Assembly (NCBI GenBank): GCA_030603385.1
Contig: JAUVXW010000020.1
Coordinates: 1-64,000 of the forward strand
DNA: 64,000 nt
Reading direction: 5' to 3'
Origin: Promethearchaeota archaeon
GTDB lineage: Archaea > Asgardarchaeota > Lokiarchaeia > Sigyniarchaeales > SOKP01
The notes below the pieces were generated by a model. The model was given only the letters and a program-made list of their open reading frames with translations. It ran no database searches and was not told the origin of the DNA. Shown here piece by piece: positions 1-8,336 of this stretch. The translations under genes and the position numbers were made by a program. The number at the start of each line of letters is the position of its first letter. Within the stretch, counting starts at the first letter, position 1.

Positions 1-469
1 AGGAGAATCTCTTGATTGGTTCTTTTTTCCATGGTTTGATAATCCTTACCTTCCTAAATATAACTTTGTTAATGTAATATATGATGCTACGAGTAAGATA
101 ATCAATATTACAATTGAAGATATCAATGAAAATTTAAATCAGTATAGTTATTCACAACAAGTTCTCCTTAATATTTTCAGCTCTGAATCAAGTTTAATAT
201 TCTCTGATAGCAAATGGATTAATGGCACAACTACTTTATTAATACAACTTGAAAAAACACCCCAACGTGTAGTATTAAATTATGCTGATTTTGTTCTTGT
301 CCAATTTTCGGATTATAATTTGGATTACATAGAAACTACTGATATAACAATTATAAAAAAGGCACGACAACAAATTCCGGGCTATAATATTATATTAATT
401 CTTCTTACTTTTAGTGCAGTAGGATTGATAATAAGAACCAAGAAATCACTAATTTCTATGAATAAATAA
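1..469 (+). CDS. 5'-truncated secreted/surface protein, probably the C-terminus of an M1 aminopeptidase-like protein, with an IPGY-type (Loki-CTERM-like) sorting signal
   Basis: Open frame from position 2 to TAA 467-469: GESLDWFFFPWFDNPYLP (resembles the DLDWFFxQW segment of M1 peptidases) ... QQIPGYNIILILLTFSAVGLIIRTKK (motif, TM helix, basic tail). Confidence 0.6.
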   Translation, partial: GESLDWFFFPWFDNPYLPKYNFVNVIYDATSKIINITIEDINENLNQYSYSQQVLLNIFSSESSLIFSDSKWINGTTTLLIQLEKTPQRVVLNYADFVLVQFSDYNLDYIETTDITIIKKARQQIPGYNIILILLTFSAVGLIIRTKKSLISMNK

Positions 470-759
470 ATCAAATCTTTTTTTTTATTTAATCTCAAAT
501 TGAATATAAATCGCGAATATTTCTTATTTAAATTTTGAAAATGCCTTAAATCATTAATCTTAATTAAGAAAAATTAACTATAAAGATCTTCATTGAAAAA
601 ATAATGGGCGAGATTATCTTTTTAGTTTGAATTCTTTTATCAAAATTGAAATTATGAAATCTAATCAGAAAAAATAAATTATCTCCATAATTTCATAAAC
701 CAATAAGATTTAATGTAATATTTCAAATCAACAAAAAATATTTGGTGAAGTTTTACAAA

Positions 760-766
760 AAGGTGA
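760..766 (+). promoter_or_regulatory. Shine-Dalgarno AAGGTGA upstream of the hdrA TTG start
   Basis: AAGGTGA ends 5 nt before TTG at 772. The same GGTGA motif precedes rps4 and other genes in the window. Confidence 0.6.
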
Positions 767-771
767 ATTAG

Positions 772-2784
772 TTGTCTGATAAACAGACCAAGGAGAGTTT
801 AAGAATCGGAGTTTATATATGTAGATGAGGTGTAAATATCGGAGCTGCTGTTGATTGCGACGCTGTAAGAGATTATGTAGAGAGAAATGCAGCAAAAAGT
901 AGCGTTGTTATTGCCCGAGTAAATGATTTTACTTGCAGTGATCCAGGACAAAATATAATTAGAAATGATATACTCGACCTAGATCTAAATCGAGTTGTGG
1001 TTGCTGCTTGTACGCCAAAAATACACGAACCAACTTATAGAGCAGTTTTAGCGGAAGCTGGATTAAGTTCTTATTATTTTCAGATGGTTAATCTTCGTGA
1101 ACATTGCTCTTTTGTACATGCTAAAGATAGGGAAGGTGCCACTGAGAAAGCTATAAGATTGGTCCAAGCTGGTATAAATCGTGCTCGAGAATTAGAAATA
1201 ATACCAAGAAAAGAAATACCCGTAGAAAAAGCAGTTTTAGTTATAGGAGCTGGAATTGCTGGAATGAATGCAGCATTAGATCTCGCAAATCAAGGAATCC
1301 CAGTCTATTTAGTAGAAAATGAAGCTACAATTGGCGGAAAGATGGCACAATTAGATAGAATATATCCAACTGATGATTGTGGAATATGAGTTTTAGCACC
1401 AATAATGGTAAATGCTTCAAAACACCCAAACATAAATTTATTCACTTATAGTGATATTATAGAGTTTGGTGGAATACCTGGAGATTATAAGGTTAAAATT
1501 AGAAAGAATGCTCGGTATGTTGACGAAAAAAAATGTACTGGATGCGGGTTATGCACGACTAAGTGTCCTATTAAAGTTCCCAGTGAGTTTGATAGAGGTA
1601 TTGGTGAAAGAAATGCAATTTATATCCCTTTTCCCCAAGCCGTACCAAAACTAGCTGTTATGGATAGAAGTGTGTGCATTGACTGTAAGAATTGTGAACG
1701 AACATGTCCTGCTGAAGCAATTGACTTTGAACAAGAAGCAGAATATTTCGATGTTAAGGTAGGAGCAGCAATTGTTGCTACAGGATGGGATGAATATCCA
1801 ATATGGGAGTCAAACGAATATAATTATGGATATTATCCTGACGTGATTACACAAATAGAACTAGAAAGAATGTTAAGTCCTATAGGACCTACTGGAGGAC
1901 ATATTTACAGAATTTCCACAGGAGAAATACCAAAAATTATTGTAATGGTTCAATGTGTAGGTTCCAGAGATATAAACGCTAACCCGTATTGTTCTTTCGT
2001 TTGTTGTAGCGTTGCACTTAAGAATGCTCAATTACTCAAGCAAGAATATCCAGACATGGATGTAATTATATTCTATATCGATATGCGAACAACAGATAAG
2101 GGCAATGAAGAATATTATAGAAAAATAAGAGAATCGGGGGTACGAATGATTAGGGGAAAAGTGGGTGAAATAATAGAAGATAATAAAACGAATAAGTTAA
2201 AAGTCAGAGCATATTCGTCTTTAACTGGTGAAATTGTAAAAATCGATGCTGATTTAGTAGTATTGTCAACAGGAATGAATCCTTCAAAAGGAACTGAAGA
2301 AATGATCCAGGTAATGGGGTTAAACAAAGGTCCAGGAGGCTTCCTTTCAGAAATCCATGGATGCTTAAGCCCACAAGAAACTAAAGATGTTGGGATTTAC
2401 ATTGCTGGATGCGCCGCAGGTCCAAAAAACATTCCTTATTCGGTTTCTTCAGCATTAGCTGCCGCAAGTAAAGTATCAACTCTTTTATCTCATGATACTT
2501 TTAATCAAGAATTAATTATTGCTGAAGTAGATGAAGATTTATGTATGGGTTGTCATAGGTGTGAGAAACTATGTTACTATGAAGCAATAAAGGTTAATGA
2601 AGATGAGATTGCTGAAGTTGATGATTTAAAATGCAAAGGATGTGGTGTATGTATATCATCTTGTCCAGCAAGAGCCATTGACTTAAAATATTATCGAGAT
2701 CGACAGTTTACTCAGGAAATTAAAGGTATTGGTTGTAGTGAAGTTGAAACAATAGAAAAAATATCTGAAAGTCTTGAAGTATAA
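772..2784 (+). CDS. hdrA: Heterodisulfide reductase subunit A-like flavoprotein, selenoprotein with 2 Sec (U19, U206), about 670 aa
   Basis: One frame from TTG 772 through ORFs 997-1389 and 1405-2784, broken only by TGA 826-828 (RIGVYICR-U-GVNI, the conserved VxxCxCGxNI) and TGA 1387-1389 (PTDDCGI-U-VLAP, the conserved PTxDCxxC). Also has AACTPKIHE, GAGIAG FAD motif, inserted 2x[4Fe-4S] ferredoxin, QCVGSRD...YCSFVCC and a C-terminal ferredoxin. Confidence 0.93.
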
Positions 2785-2805
2785 ACAGTATAGAGGTTAA
2801 TAATA

Positions 2806-3234
2806 ATGTCTAATACAAAAAATCGTGATTCAAGAAAAATCATAGCTTTTGGCTGTGATAAGTGAGGATATTCTGTAGCAGATTTAACAGGTACAACAAG
2901 AAGATCTTACTCTACAGATTTTCATCTCATTAGAGTGAGATGTACAGGACGAGTAGGAATTCATTTGATTATGGAAGCTTTCCTGCATGGTGCGGATGGT
3001 GTAGCGATAATTTCTTGAGAGGAAGGAGAATGCGAATTTGGGAATGGTAATATGATCACTTATGAACATATCATTACATTAAAGAAATTATTAAAACATG
3101 AAGGTATTTCTGAAGATCGTGTTCAACAATATTTTTGCTCAGCAGCAGAAGTTGAAAAATTTATTAACTCAGTTAAAGATATTTCCACAAAAATTCATGC
3201 ACTCCCTCCTATACCAAAAACTAATCCGAAATAG
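2806..3234 (+). CDS. mvhD: Hydrogenase iron-sulfur subunit MvhD/VhuD ([2Fe-2S]), selenoprotein with 2 Sec (U20, U71), 142 aa
   Basis: ATG 2806 after GAGGT, in frame with ORF 3052-3234. KIIAFGCDK-U-GYSVAD (TGA 2863-2865, the CxxC motif), RVRCTGRV, AFLHGADGVAIIS-U-EEGEC (TGA 3016-3018, the GCxxGxC motif), CSAAE. Confidence 0.93.
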
Positions 3235-3294
3235 AATGATCTTTTCAAAAAAACTATAGTTGAGAAGAAACTAACCCCAGCCCGGGTTTTCGGA
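3225..3294 (+). promoter_or_regulatory. Candidate SECIS element (3' UTR stem-loop) for hdrA-mvhD
   Basis: Directly after the mvhD stop: AUGA (3236-3239), stem CUUUUC(AA)/(UU)GAGAAG (3241-3248/3260-3267), A-rich apical region and a 3' GA. Outer stem UCCGAAA/UUUCGGA (3225-3231/3288-3294) and a second hairpin AACCC/GGGUU. The upper-stem register does not fit the canonical eukaryotic SECIS perfectly. Confidence 0.55.
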
Positions 3295-3327
3295 AAAATT
3301 TGAATTTAAAAAATAACAAGTATTATT

Positions 3328-4830
3328 ATGAGTTTAGAAGAAAAATTTTCATGGGAATTTTTAAAAAATGTAGCGGATGCTTTAGATTCATATAGAATTC
3401 GAGCACTAATTGATGCTAAAAAAGATATTTTAGAGGCTGGAATTTATGATGAATCCCAATACGACACTATCCTTTTTACAATGTTAGATGAAGAGAAATT
3501 AAAATATTCCCTATATAATTTCTTAAAAAATAATTCTAAAAGTAATTTAAAAACTCTTATCGAGTATTCTGAAGATACTTCTATTGAATTAAATAAGACT
3601 TTGAGTTTGTTAGAAATACTCAAAAATGAAAAACTTGTAGATGTGGAAGAATTACATGATAAAATTGAAGGAGATGAGAATAATCCAGTAAAACTCGTCT
3701 TTAAAGACTTCGCAATAGAGGTTAATGATGGAGAAATTTCAAAACTAAAACCTATTTATGAACCTGTTATTGGTAATGGCTCAATCGTGGATACCAACAA
3801 TTGTTCGGGATGTGGGCTTTGTCAAGGTATATGTCCTATGGATTGTATTAATATTAGCAACGGATTTGGGGAAATCGATGATACAAAATGTATCAGATGT
3901 GGATTGTGTTATTTTGTTTGTCCGCGATCATATCTACCTGTTAAAATATTAAATATGAGCTTAGAAAATACTTCGGAAATAAAAGAATATTCCGAAATTG
4001 GTTATTATGTTGAAGTCTTTTCAGCTAGAACAAAAATTAAAGAAATTGCTTCTGTATGTCAAGATGGCGGTATATCTAGCACTTGTTTATATTATCTTTT
4101 TGAACAAGGAAAGATCAACTATGCTCTTGGTGCTAAAATGAGTGATGATCCGTGGAGACCAGAACCGTTATTAATTAAGAGTAAAGAAGATATCATATCT
4201 ACAGCTGGAACCAAATATGTTAATAATCCAAATTTAAGTCTATTAAACGATTTAAATGAAAATTCAAAAACAATAGCTGTTGTTGGAGTTCCATGCCAAA
4301 TGCAGGCGTTATTGAAATCAAAAATATATGATATTGCTATTCCTTCATTAAAAAATATAGAATATCGAATTGGAATTTTTTGTATGGAATCTTTTTCCTA
4401 TGAATCTCTATTAAAGATATGTGAGAAATTAAATGTTGATGTAAAGAATGTTAAGAAAATGGATATTAATAAAGGAAAATTCTTTGTTTATACTAAGAAC
4501 GGGGATGAATTTAATGTTCCGATTAAGGAAATTTCACATTTAGGCCGAAAAGATTGCGAAGTTTGTTTTGATTTAACATCCGAATCGGCAGATATTTCCA
4601 TTGGTTCTATTGGTTCTCCTTCTGGATGGAATACCGTAATTATAAGAACTGAGAAAGGAAAGCAATTATATAATGAGCTATTAGCGAATAAATTAATTGA
4701 ATCAAAACCAATAAGTGAAGTAAAACCTGGATTACCTTTGCTTAAAAGAATTGCAAATAGTAAAAAAAATAATTGTAAAAACCATATTAACAAAAAAAAA
4801 GAGAAAAATAAAAGGATTCCAACTTATTAA
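3328..4830 (+). CDS. frhB: F420 hydrogenase/dehydrogenase beta subunit (FrhB/FdhB family) with 2x[4Fe-4S] ferredoxin and a ~145-aa N-terminal extension
   Basis: CSGCGLCQGICP and CIRCGLCYFVCPR ferredoxin motifs; CQDGG, AGTKY, VVGVPCQ, IGIFCMESF, CEVCFD, ADISIGSIGSPSGWNTVIIRTEKG. Confidence 0.88.
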   Translation: MSLEEKFSWEFLKNVADALDSYRIRALIDAKKDILEAGIYDESQYDTILFTMLDEEKLKYSLYNFLKNNSKSNLKTLIEYSEDTSIELNKTLSLLEILKNEKLVDVEELHDKIEGDENNPVKLVFKDFAIEVNDGEISKLKPIYEPVIGNGSIVDTNNCSGCGLCQGICPMDCINISNGFGEIDDTKCIRCGLCYFVCPRSYLPVKILNMSLENTSEIKEYSEIGYYVEVFSARTKIKEIASVCQDGGISSTCLYYLFEQGKINYALGAKMSDDPWRPEPLLIKSKEDIISTAGTKYVNNPNLSLLNDLNENSKTIAVVGVPCQMQALLKSKIYDIAIPSLKNIEYRIGIFCMESFSYESLLKICEKLNVDVKNVKKMDINKGKFFVYTKNGDEFNVPIKEISHLGRKDCEVCFDLTSESADISIGSIGSPSGWNTVIIRTEKGKQLYNELLANKLIESKPISEVKPGLPLLKRIANSKKNNCKNHINKKKEKNKRIPTY

Positions 4831-5029
4831 ATTCCTCATCATATTATTATTTCTTGAAATTTCAAAGTTTTTTAAGAATTGCTCTAATTAGGTGGGAATA
4901 TTAAAAATAAATATGAAATTGTCTTTTATGATGATGATGTAAAATTTATTCCATGCGGAATTGCCTTGTTAATTATAAAAGTAAATTATCATTTTGAGTA
5001 GAAGATTTTTGGAAAGTAAAAAATATAGT

Positions 5030-5500
5030 ATGTCACGAATTAAACCAGTCTTTTCTTTACTGAGATTCTTGATACCCCTTATTGCCATCTTTTTTGGCTT
5101 TTTCTATTGGCTTGAGGGATTTAAATATTTTATTAGAGATAGTGAAATCAGGATTTATGTTACCGAGTTTACATTTTGTAGTTTTTTTTTTTTAAAACTC
5201 TTTTTAATGAATATTTATCATATTTCTCTTGGTCTTAATGCTTTTTTATTTATTTTAGGATTAATTTATTACATATTAAGATATCAGCAGAATAAAGAAA
5301 ATGTACAGGGAACCTCTGAGGAATATAAGTCTCTAAGAATTTTGATTCTCATTATCCTTCTTATTTGTTTGATTCCTGAAATATTCGTTATTATAAACAT
5401 GAATTTGGAAAACACAAATATTGAAAGTATTACTCAGCAAGATTCAGTAAATAAATTTATACCTATAATTATTTCACATGGATTTCTCGTGGTTTTTTAA
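5030..5500 (+). CDS. Hypothetical multi-pass membrane protein
   Basis: ORF 4994-5500 with first ATG at 5030 and about 4 hydrophobic segments. Overlaps the convergent gene by 32 nt. Confidence 0.5.
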   Translation: MSRIKPVFSLLRFLIPLIAIFFGFFYWLEGFKYFIRDSEIRIYVTEFTFCSFFFLKLFLMNIYHISLGLNAFLFILGLIYYILRYQQNKENVQGTSEEYKSLRILILIILLICLIPEIFVIINMNLENTNIESITQQDSVNKFIPIIISHGFLVVF

Positions 5501-6599
5501 ATTTTTTAACAATTAAAATGCTAATTGCCAAAAGAACTGGTATCCCTATGCTTAATGATATAACCAAAATAAATCTTCCTTTAATAAAAGTAGGTATCTT
5601 TGTTATAGTTGAATGTAAAGGTGCTTCTAAAGGATACATATCTTTTGCATTCGCAGAACCATCTATGGCATATGGTAAAATTCCCCTCCAATCTGACCAA
5701 TAATTTCCTTCTTTTAAGCTTTCATTATACCATTTATTATGTCTTCCACCATCTTTTGCTTGACTATGCCCATTTGGATTGTTATTTACGAAAGAATTAT
5801 GATACACTAGATTTTGACGAGTAAAACTTTGTTCCATAAATGCTGTAAATATTAAAGCAAAAGAGGTATTGTTTTCAAATAAATTATTTCTAATAACGCA
5901 ATTTTGAGAGGCAAATTCTTCATTTGTGCTATCTAAAAGAAATCCGTTCACATTATTACGAATGATATTGTCTTTAAATAATGTGTTCCTTGAATTAGTT
6001 ATCCACATTCCATCACAATTATTTATAATATAATTATTAAATATTTTTGAAAATGACACATTAGTTTCGGCTCTTATACCAATATGATTTTTCGTTAGAG
6101 TATTGTTTTCAATAAGAGAATATGGAGAATCATTAATGTTAATTCCGTTATAGGAATCGCTACAAGTATTATTTATTATTTTTATAAGAGGAGAATTTGC
6201 CACAAATATAGCCAATTCTTCTCCGATACAAGTATTGTTAGTAATAGTTATCGTACCAGGACCGGTATTGCAAATTCTTATAGCTCCAAATAGAGCCTTA
6301 ATTTTACTATTTTGTATTAAAATGTATTTCGTAATATTTTGCACCACAATTCCATAATTATTAGAAGTGATTATATTTAGATGTTCTAATCGATATGGAT
6401 CTTCTTCCGTACCTGATCCAGAAAAATTATAAGAAAGAAGGTCATTATCATTATATATTTCAATAGGAGGGTCAATTTTATTAGAAATATATAAAGTCTT
6501 ACTATGAATACTTTCCTCATTGTACTTGGTAGATAAGCTAACCCAAATAAAAGAGAATATTAGACCTATAGTCAGTAAAGAAAATAATATTTTTCTCAT
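5469..6599 (-). CDS. Membrane-anchored parallel beta-helix (NosD/CASH-like) protein
   Basis: Signal peptide; GSGTEEDPY motif; repeated IxNN...NGI; YHNSFVNN...GNYWSDW...DMYPL; C-terminal TM and basic tail. Confidence 0.8.
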   Translation of the reverse strand: MRKILFSLLTIGLIFSFIWVSLSTKYNEESIHSKTLYISNKIDPPIEIYNDNDLLSYNFSGSGTEEDPYRLEHLNIITSNNYGIVVQNITKYILIQNSKIKALFGAIRICNTGPGTITITNNTCIGEELAIFVANSPLIKIINNTCSDSYNGININDSPYSLIENNTLTKNHIGIRAETNVSFSKIFNNYIINNCDGMWITNSRNTLFKDNIIRNNVNGFLLDSTNEEFASQNCVIRNNLFENNTSFALIFTAFMEQSFTRQNLVYHNSFVNNNPNGHSQAKDGGRHNKWYNESLKEGNYWSDWRGILPYAIDGSANAKDMYPLEAPLHSTITKIPTFIKGRFILVISLSIGIPVLLAISILIVKKFKKPREIHVK

Positions 6600-6799
6600 T
6601 CAGATTTCATTTTTAGATCGGTAAAACTATAATATTAAAGGAATGAGTGGTATTTAAATCTTTTTAAGTGATCTATGAGATATGTCGCTGTTTCCAGAAT
6701 TTTACAGGGATTTAAACCTTCTATCTAATTTAAATTATTTTTACACCATTAAATGATTACTGTGATTTCTAAAAAAGAAAATGTTGTACAAGATTATAA

Positions 6800-7110
6800 G
6801 AATTAGCCATAGATTAAAATTGAAATATACAAGTGTCTTAACAATTTTCAACCCACGCTTAAATATTTGAACAATGACCCTAAATTTCAGTAATAGCGTT
6901 TATTTCGGGATATTTTTATTTAGCTCTAATGACTGATCGAAGAAATCATTAATTTCATTGATAGAATTAATTTTTTTAAGTTCTTCTAAATTTTTTGCAT
7001 GTAGATTTAATTATAAAATCTGGTAAATTTAAATATTAAATAAATGGCAAAAATGCGTAAAAAGTTAAAAACAAATTTGTCTTATTGTTGAATAGATTAA
7101 GATAGAGAGC
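6800..7110 (-). pseudogene. Decayed copy of the Loki-type FWGHCSNxQ(A/V)W (LRR-associated N-terminal domain) gene family
   Basis: Minus strand reads ...KNLEELKKINSINEINDFFDQSLELNKKYPEINAITEI*GHCSNI*AWVENC*DT. This aligns to SIDEAAERLDNSLEIND...ETEFWGHCSNIQVWAENNYDS of the intact gene at 33015-34226, with stops replacing W, Q and Y. Ends approximate. Confidence 0.75.
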
Positions 7111-7459
7111 GATAACAAATCACTACTATTCAGAAAATCTTTAAAGATTCAATAAATTATAAAATCTCTACTAAGGAATAACGTTCTTTGGAGAGAGAGA
7201 AATAAAAATCTCCTCAACTTAAAAATTGAGTTTTCTTCACTACTACTCCATCTTTAATCCAATATTTAAACATTGGTTAAGTCCGAAATCATAAAGCAGC
7301 GAGGATTTTGAAGCGATATTAAATGAGTGATAAACCCGAAAAATCTTTGAAAATGAGCAGGATGGTTCACAAAGGAATCCGACCGTACATTTTCTAATTT
7401 AATAACTGTCTCGATCATTATCCTTACAAAAAAGATATATTAAAATTATTTGAGTCAAA

Positions 7460-7666
7460 TTATTCTCTAACTGTTAAATATATAATAAAACCGACACACC
7501 CCGATAATAATACGATTAATAACCATACAGCGGCATTCATCTCTCTTTTCTTGGCGTCTTTGTATACCCATACGGCCAATCCTATAGCAATAACCCAAAA
7601 GATGATTAAAACTATAATTATCCCTATCATTATGGGTGTTATCATTACAGTTGATTTAAAAATCAT
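7460..7666 (-). CDS. Small 2-TM membrane protein (PLDc_N-like, WVYxDAxxR family)
   Basis: WVYKDAKKREMNAAVWLLIVLL...IIYL pattern. Confidence 0.7.
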   Translation of the reverse strand: MIFKSTVMITPIMIGIIIVLIIFWVIAIGLAVWVYKDAKKREMNAAVWLLIVLLSGCVGFIIYLTVRE

Positions 7667-7818
7667 TATAATTTCCTCATTTAATATTCAATAAATATAA
7701 GAAAAAATTGTTTATATATTTTGATGATTCCACTTCGATATATTTAATTTCATATCTATTTAATCCCTTTAAATATTGTTTTTAAAATAGTAAAAAGATT
7801 ATAATATTTAAACTAAAA

Positions 7819-8018
7819 ATGAAAGAAAAAGAAATTAAGGCAATAAAAAAATTTCGTAGGAAGTATTATGATACCCATGCACTGAATTATAATAAGAATG
7901 GTGGAACAGTGAAGAGGCATTGGATGAATTCGATGGTTTTAAAAAATTGGTACAAATACAACCTAATGATATTGTTTTAGAAATTGCCACAGGCAATATC
8001 TACCAGAAAAAATATTAA
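7819..8018 (+). pseudogene. Frameshifted, truncated N-terminus of a class I SAM-dependent methyltransferase
   Basis: MKEKEIKAIKKFRRKYYDTHALNYNK, then after a frameshift near 7896 EWWNSEEALDEFDGFKKLVQIQPNDIVLEIATG (motif I, VLEIxxG), then a stop shortly after. Confidence 0.65.
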
Positions 8019-8062
8019 ATATGACTCAAGACAATATTTCTGAAATTAAAGAATACCTCTCT

Positions 8063-8206
8063 AATAATCTAATCGAATCAAAACCGATAGAAGACGTGAA
8101 ACCTGGTTTACCCTTACTCCAGAGGATTGCTGGTTTAAAAAAAAATAATAGTAAAAAACATATCAAATCGAAATTGGAAGAAAATAAGAGAGTACCAAAT
8201 TATTAG
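8063..8206 (+). repeat. Diverged direct repeat of the last 144 nt of frhB (4687-4830); gene remnant
   Basis: Gap-free alignment, 34/49 aa identical: LSNNLIESKPIEDVKPGLPLLQRIAG... versus LANKLIESKPISEVKPGLPLLKRIAN..., with the same stop position. Confidence 0.9.
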
Positions 8207-8336
8207 GTTTCGTATTTTTTGGAATTTTGCTTATCTACTTCTAATTCTTTAACAAAACCAAAAATTTAATATTAAATTCTATATTTACTAACATTAAATC
8301 TATAAATAATACATATTAATATTTGATTGAATTCGA

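Noticed and set aside
772-3234. Genome-wide TGA reassignment (Trp or Gly code), or pseudogenisation of hdrA/mvhD
   Set aside because: TGA is a true stop for rps4 (9358-9360), purS and the DUF3795 gene, and Trp uses TGG. The four internal TGAs occur only at conserved Cys columns in otherwise intact genes.
997-3234. Track ORFs 997-1389, 1405-2784 and 3052-3234 as separate genes
   Set aside because: They are in-frame fragments of hdrA and mvhD split at Sec codons.
4910-4985. Stem-loop after frhB (CTTTTATGAT/ATTATAAAAG with an inner ATTCC/GGAAT) as an alternative SECIS
   Set aside because: No correctly placed 3' GA for a kink-turn core, and AT-rich pairing can arise by chance. The element after mvhD is better placed.
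8021-8206. 61-aa ORF as an independent gene
   Set aside because: Its last 49 codons are a copy of the frhB C-terminus, so it is treated as a remnant.
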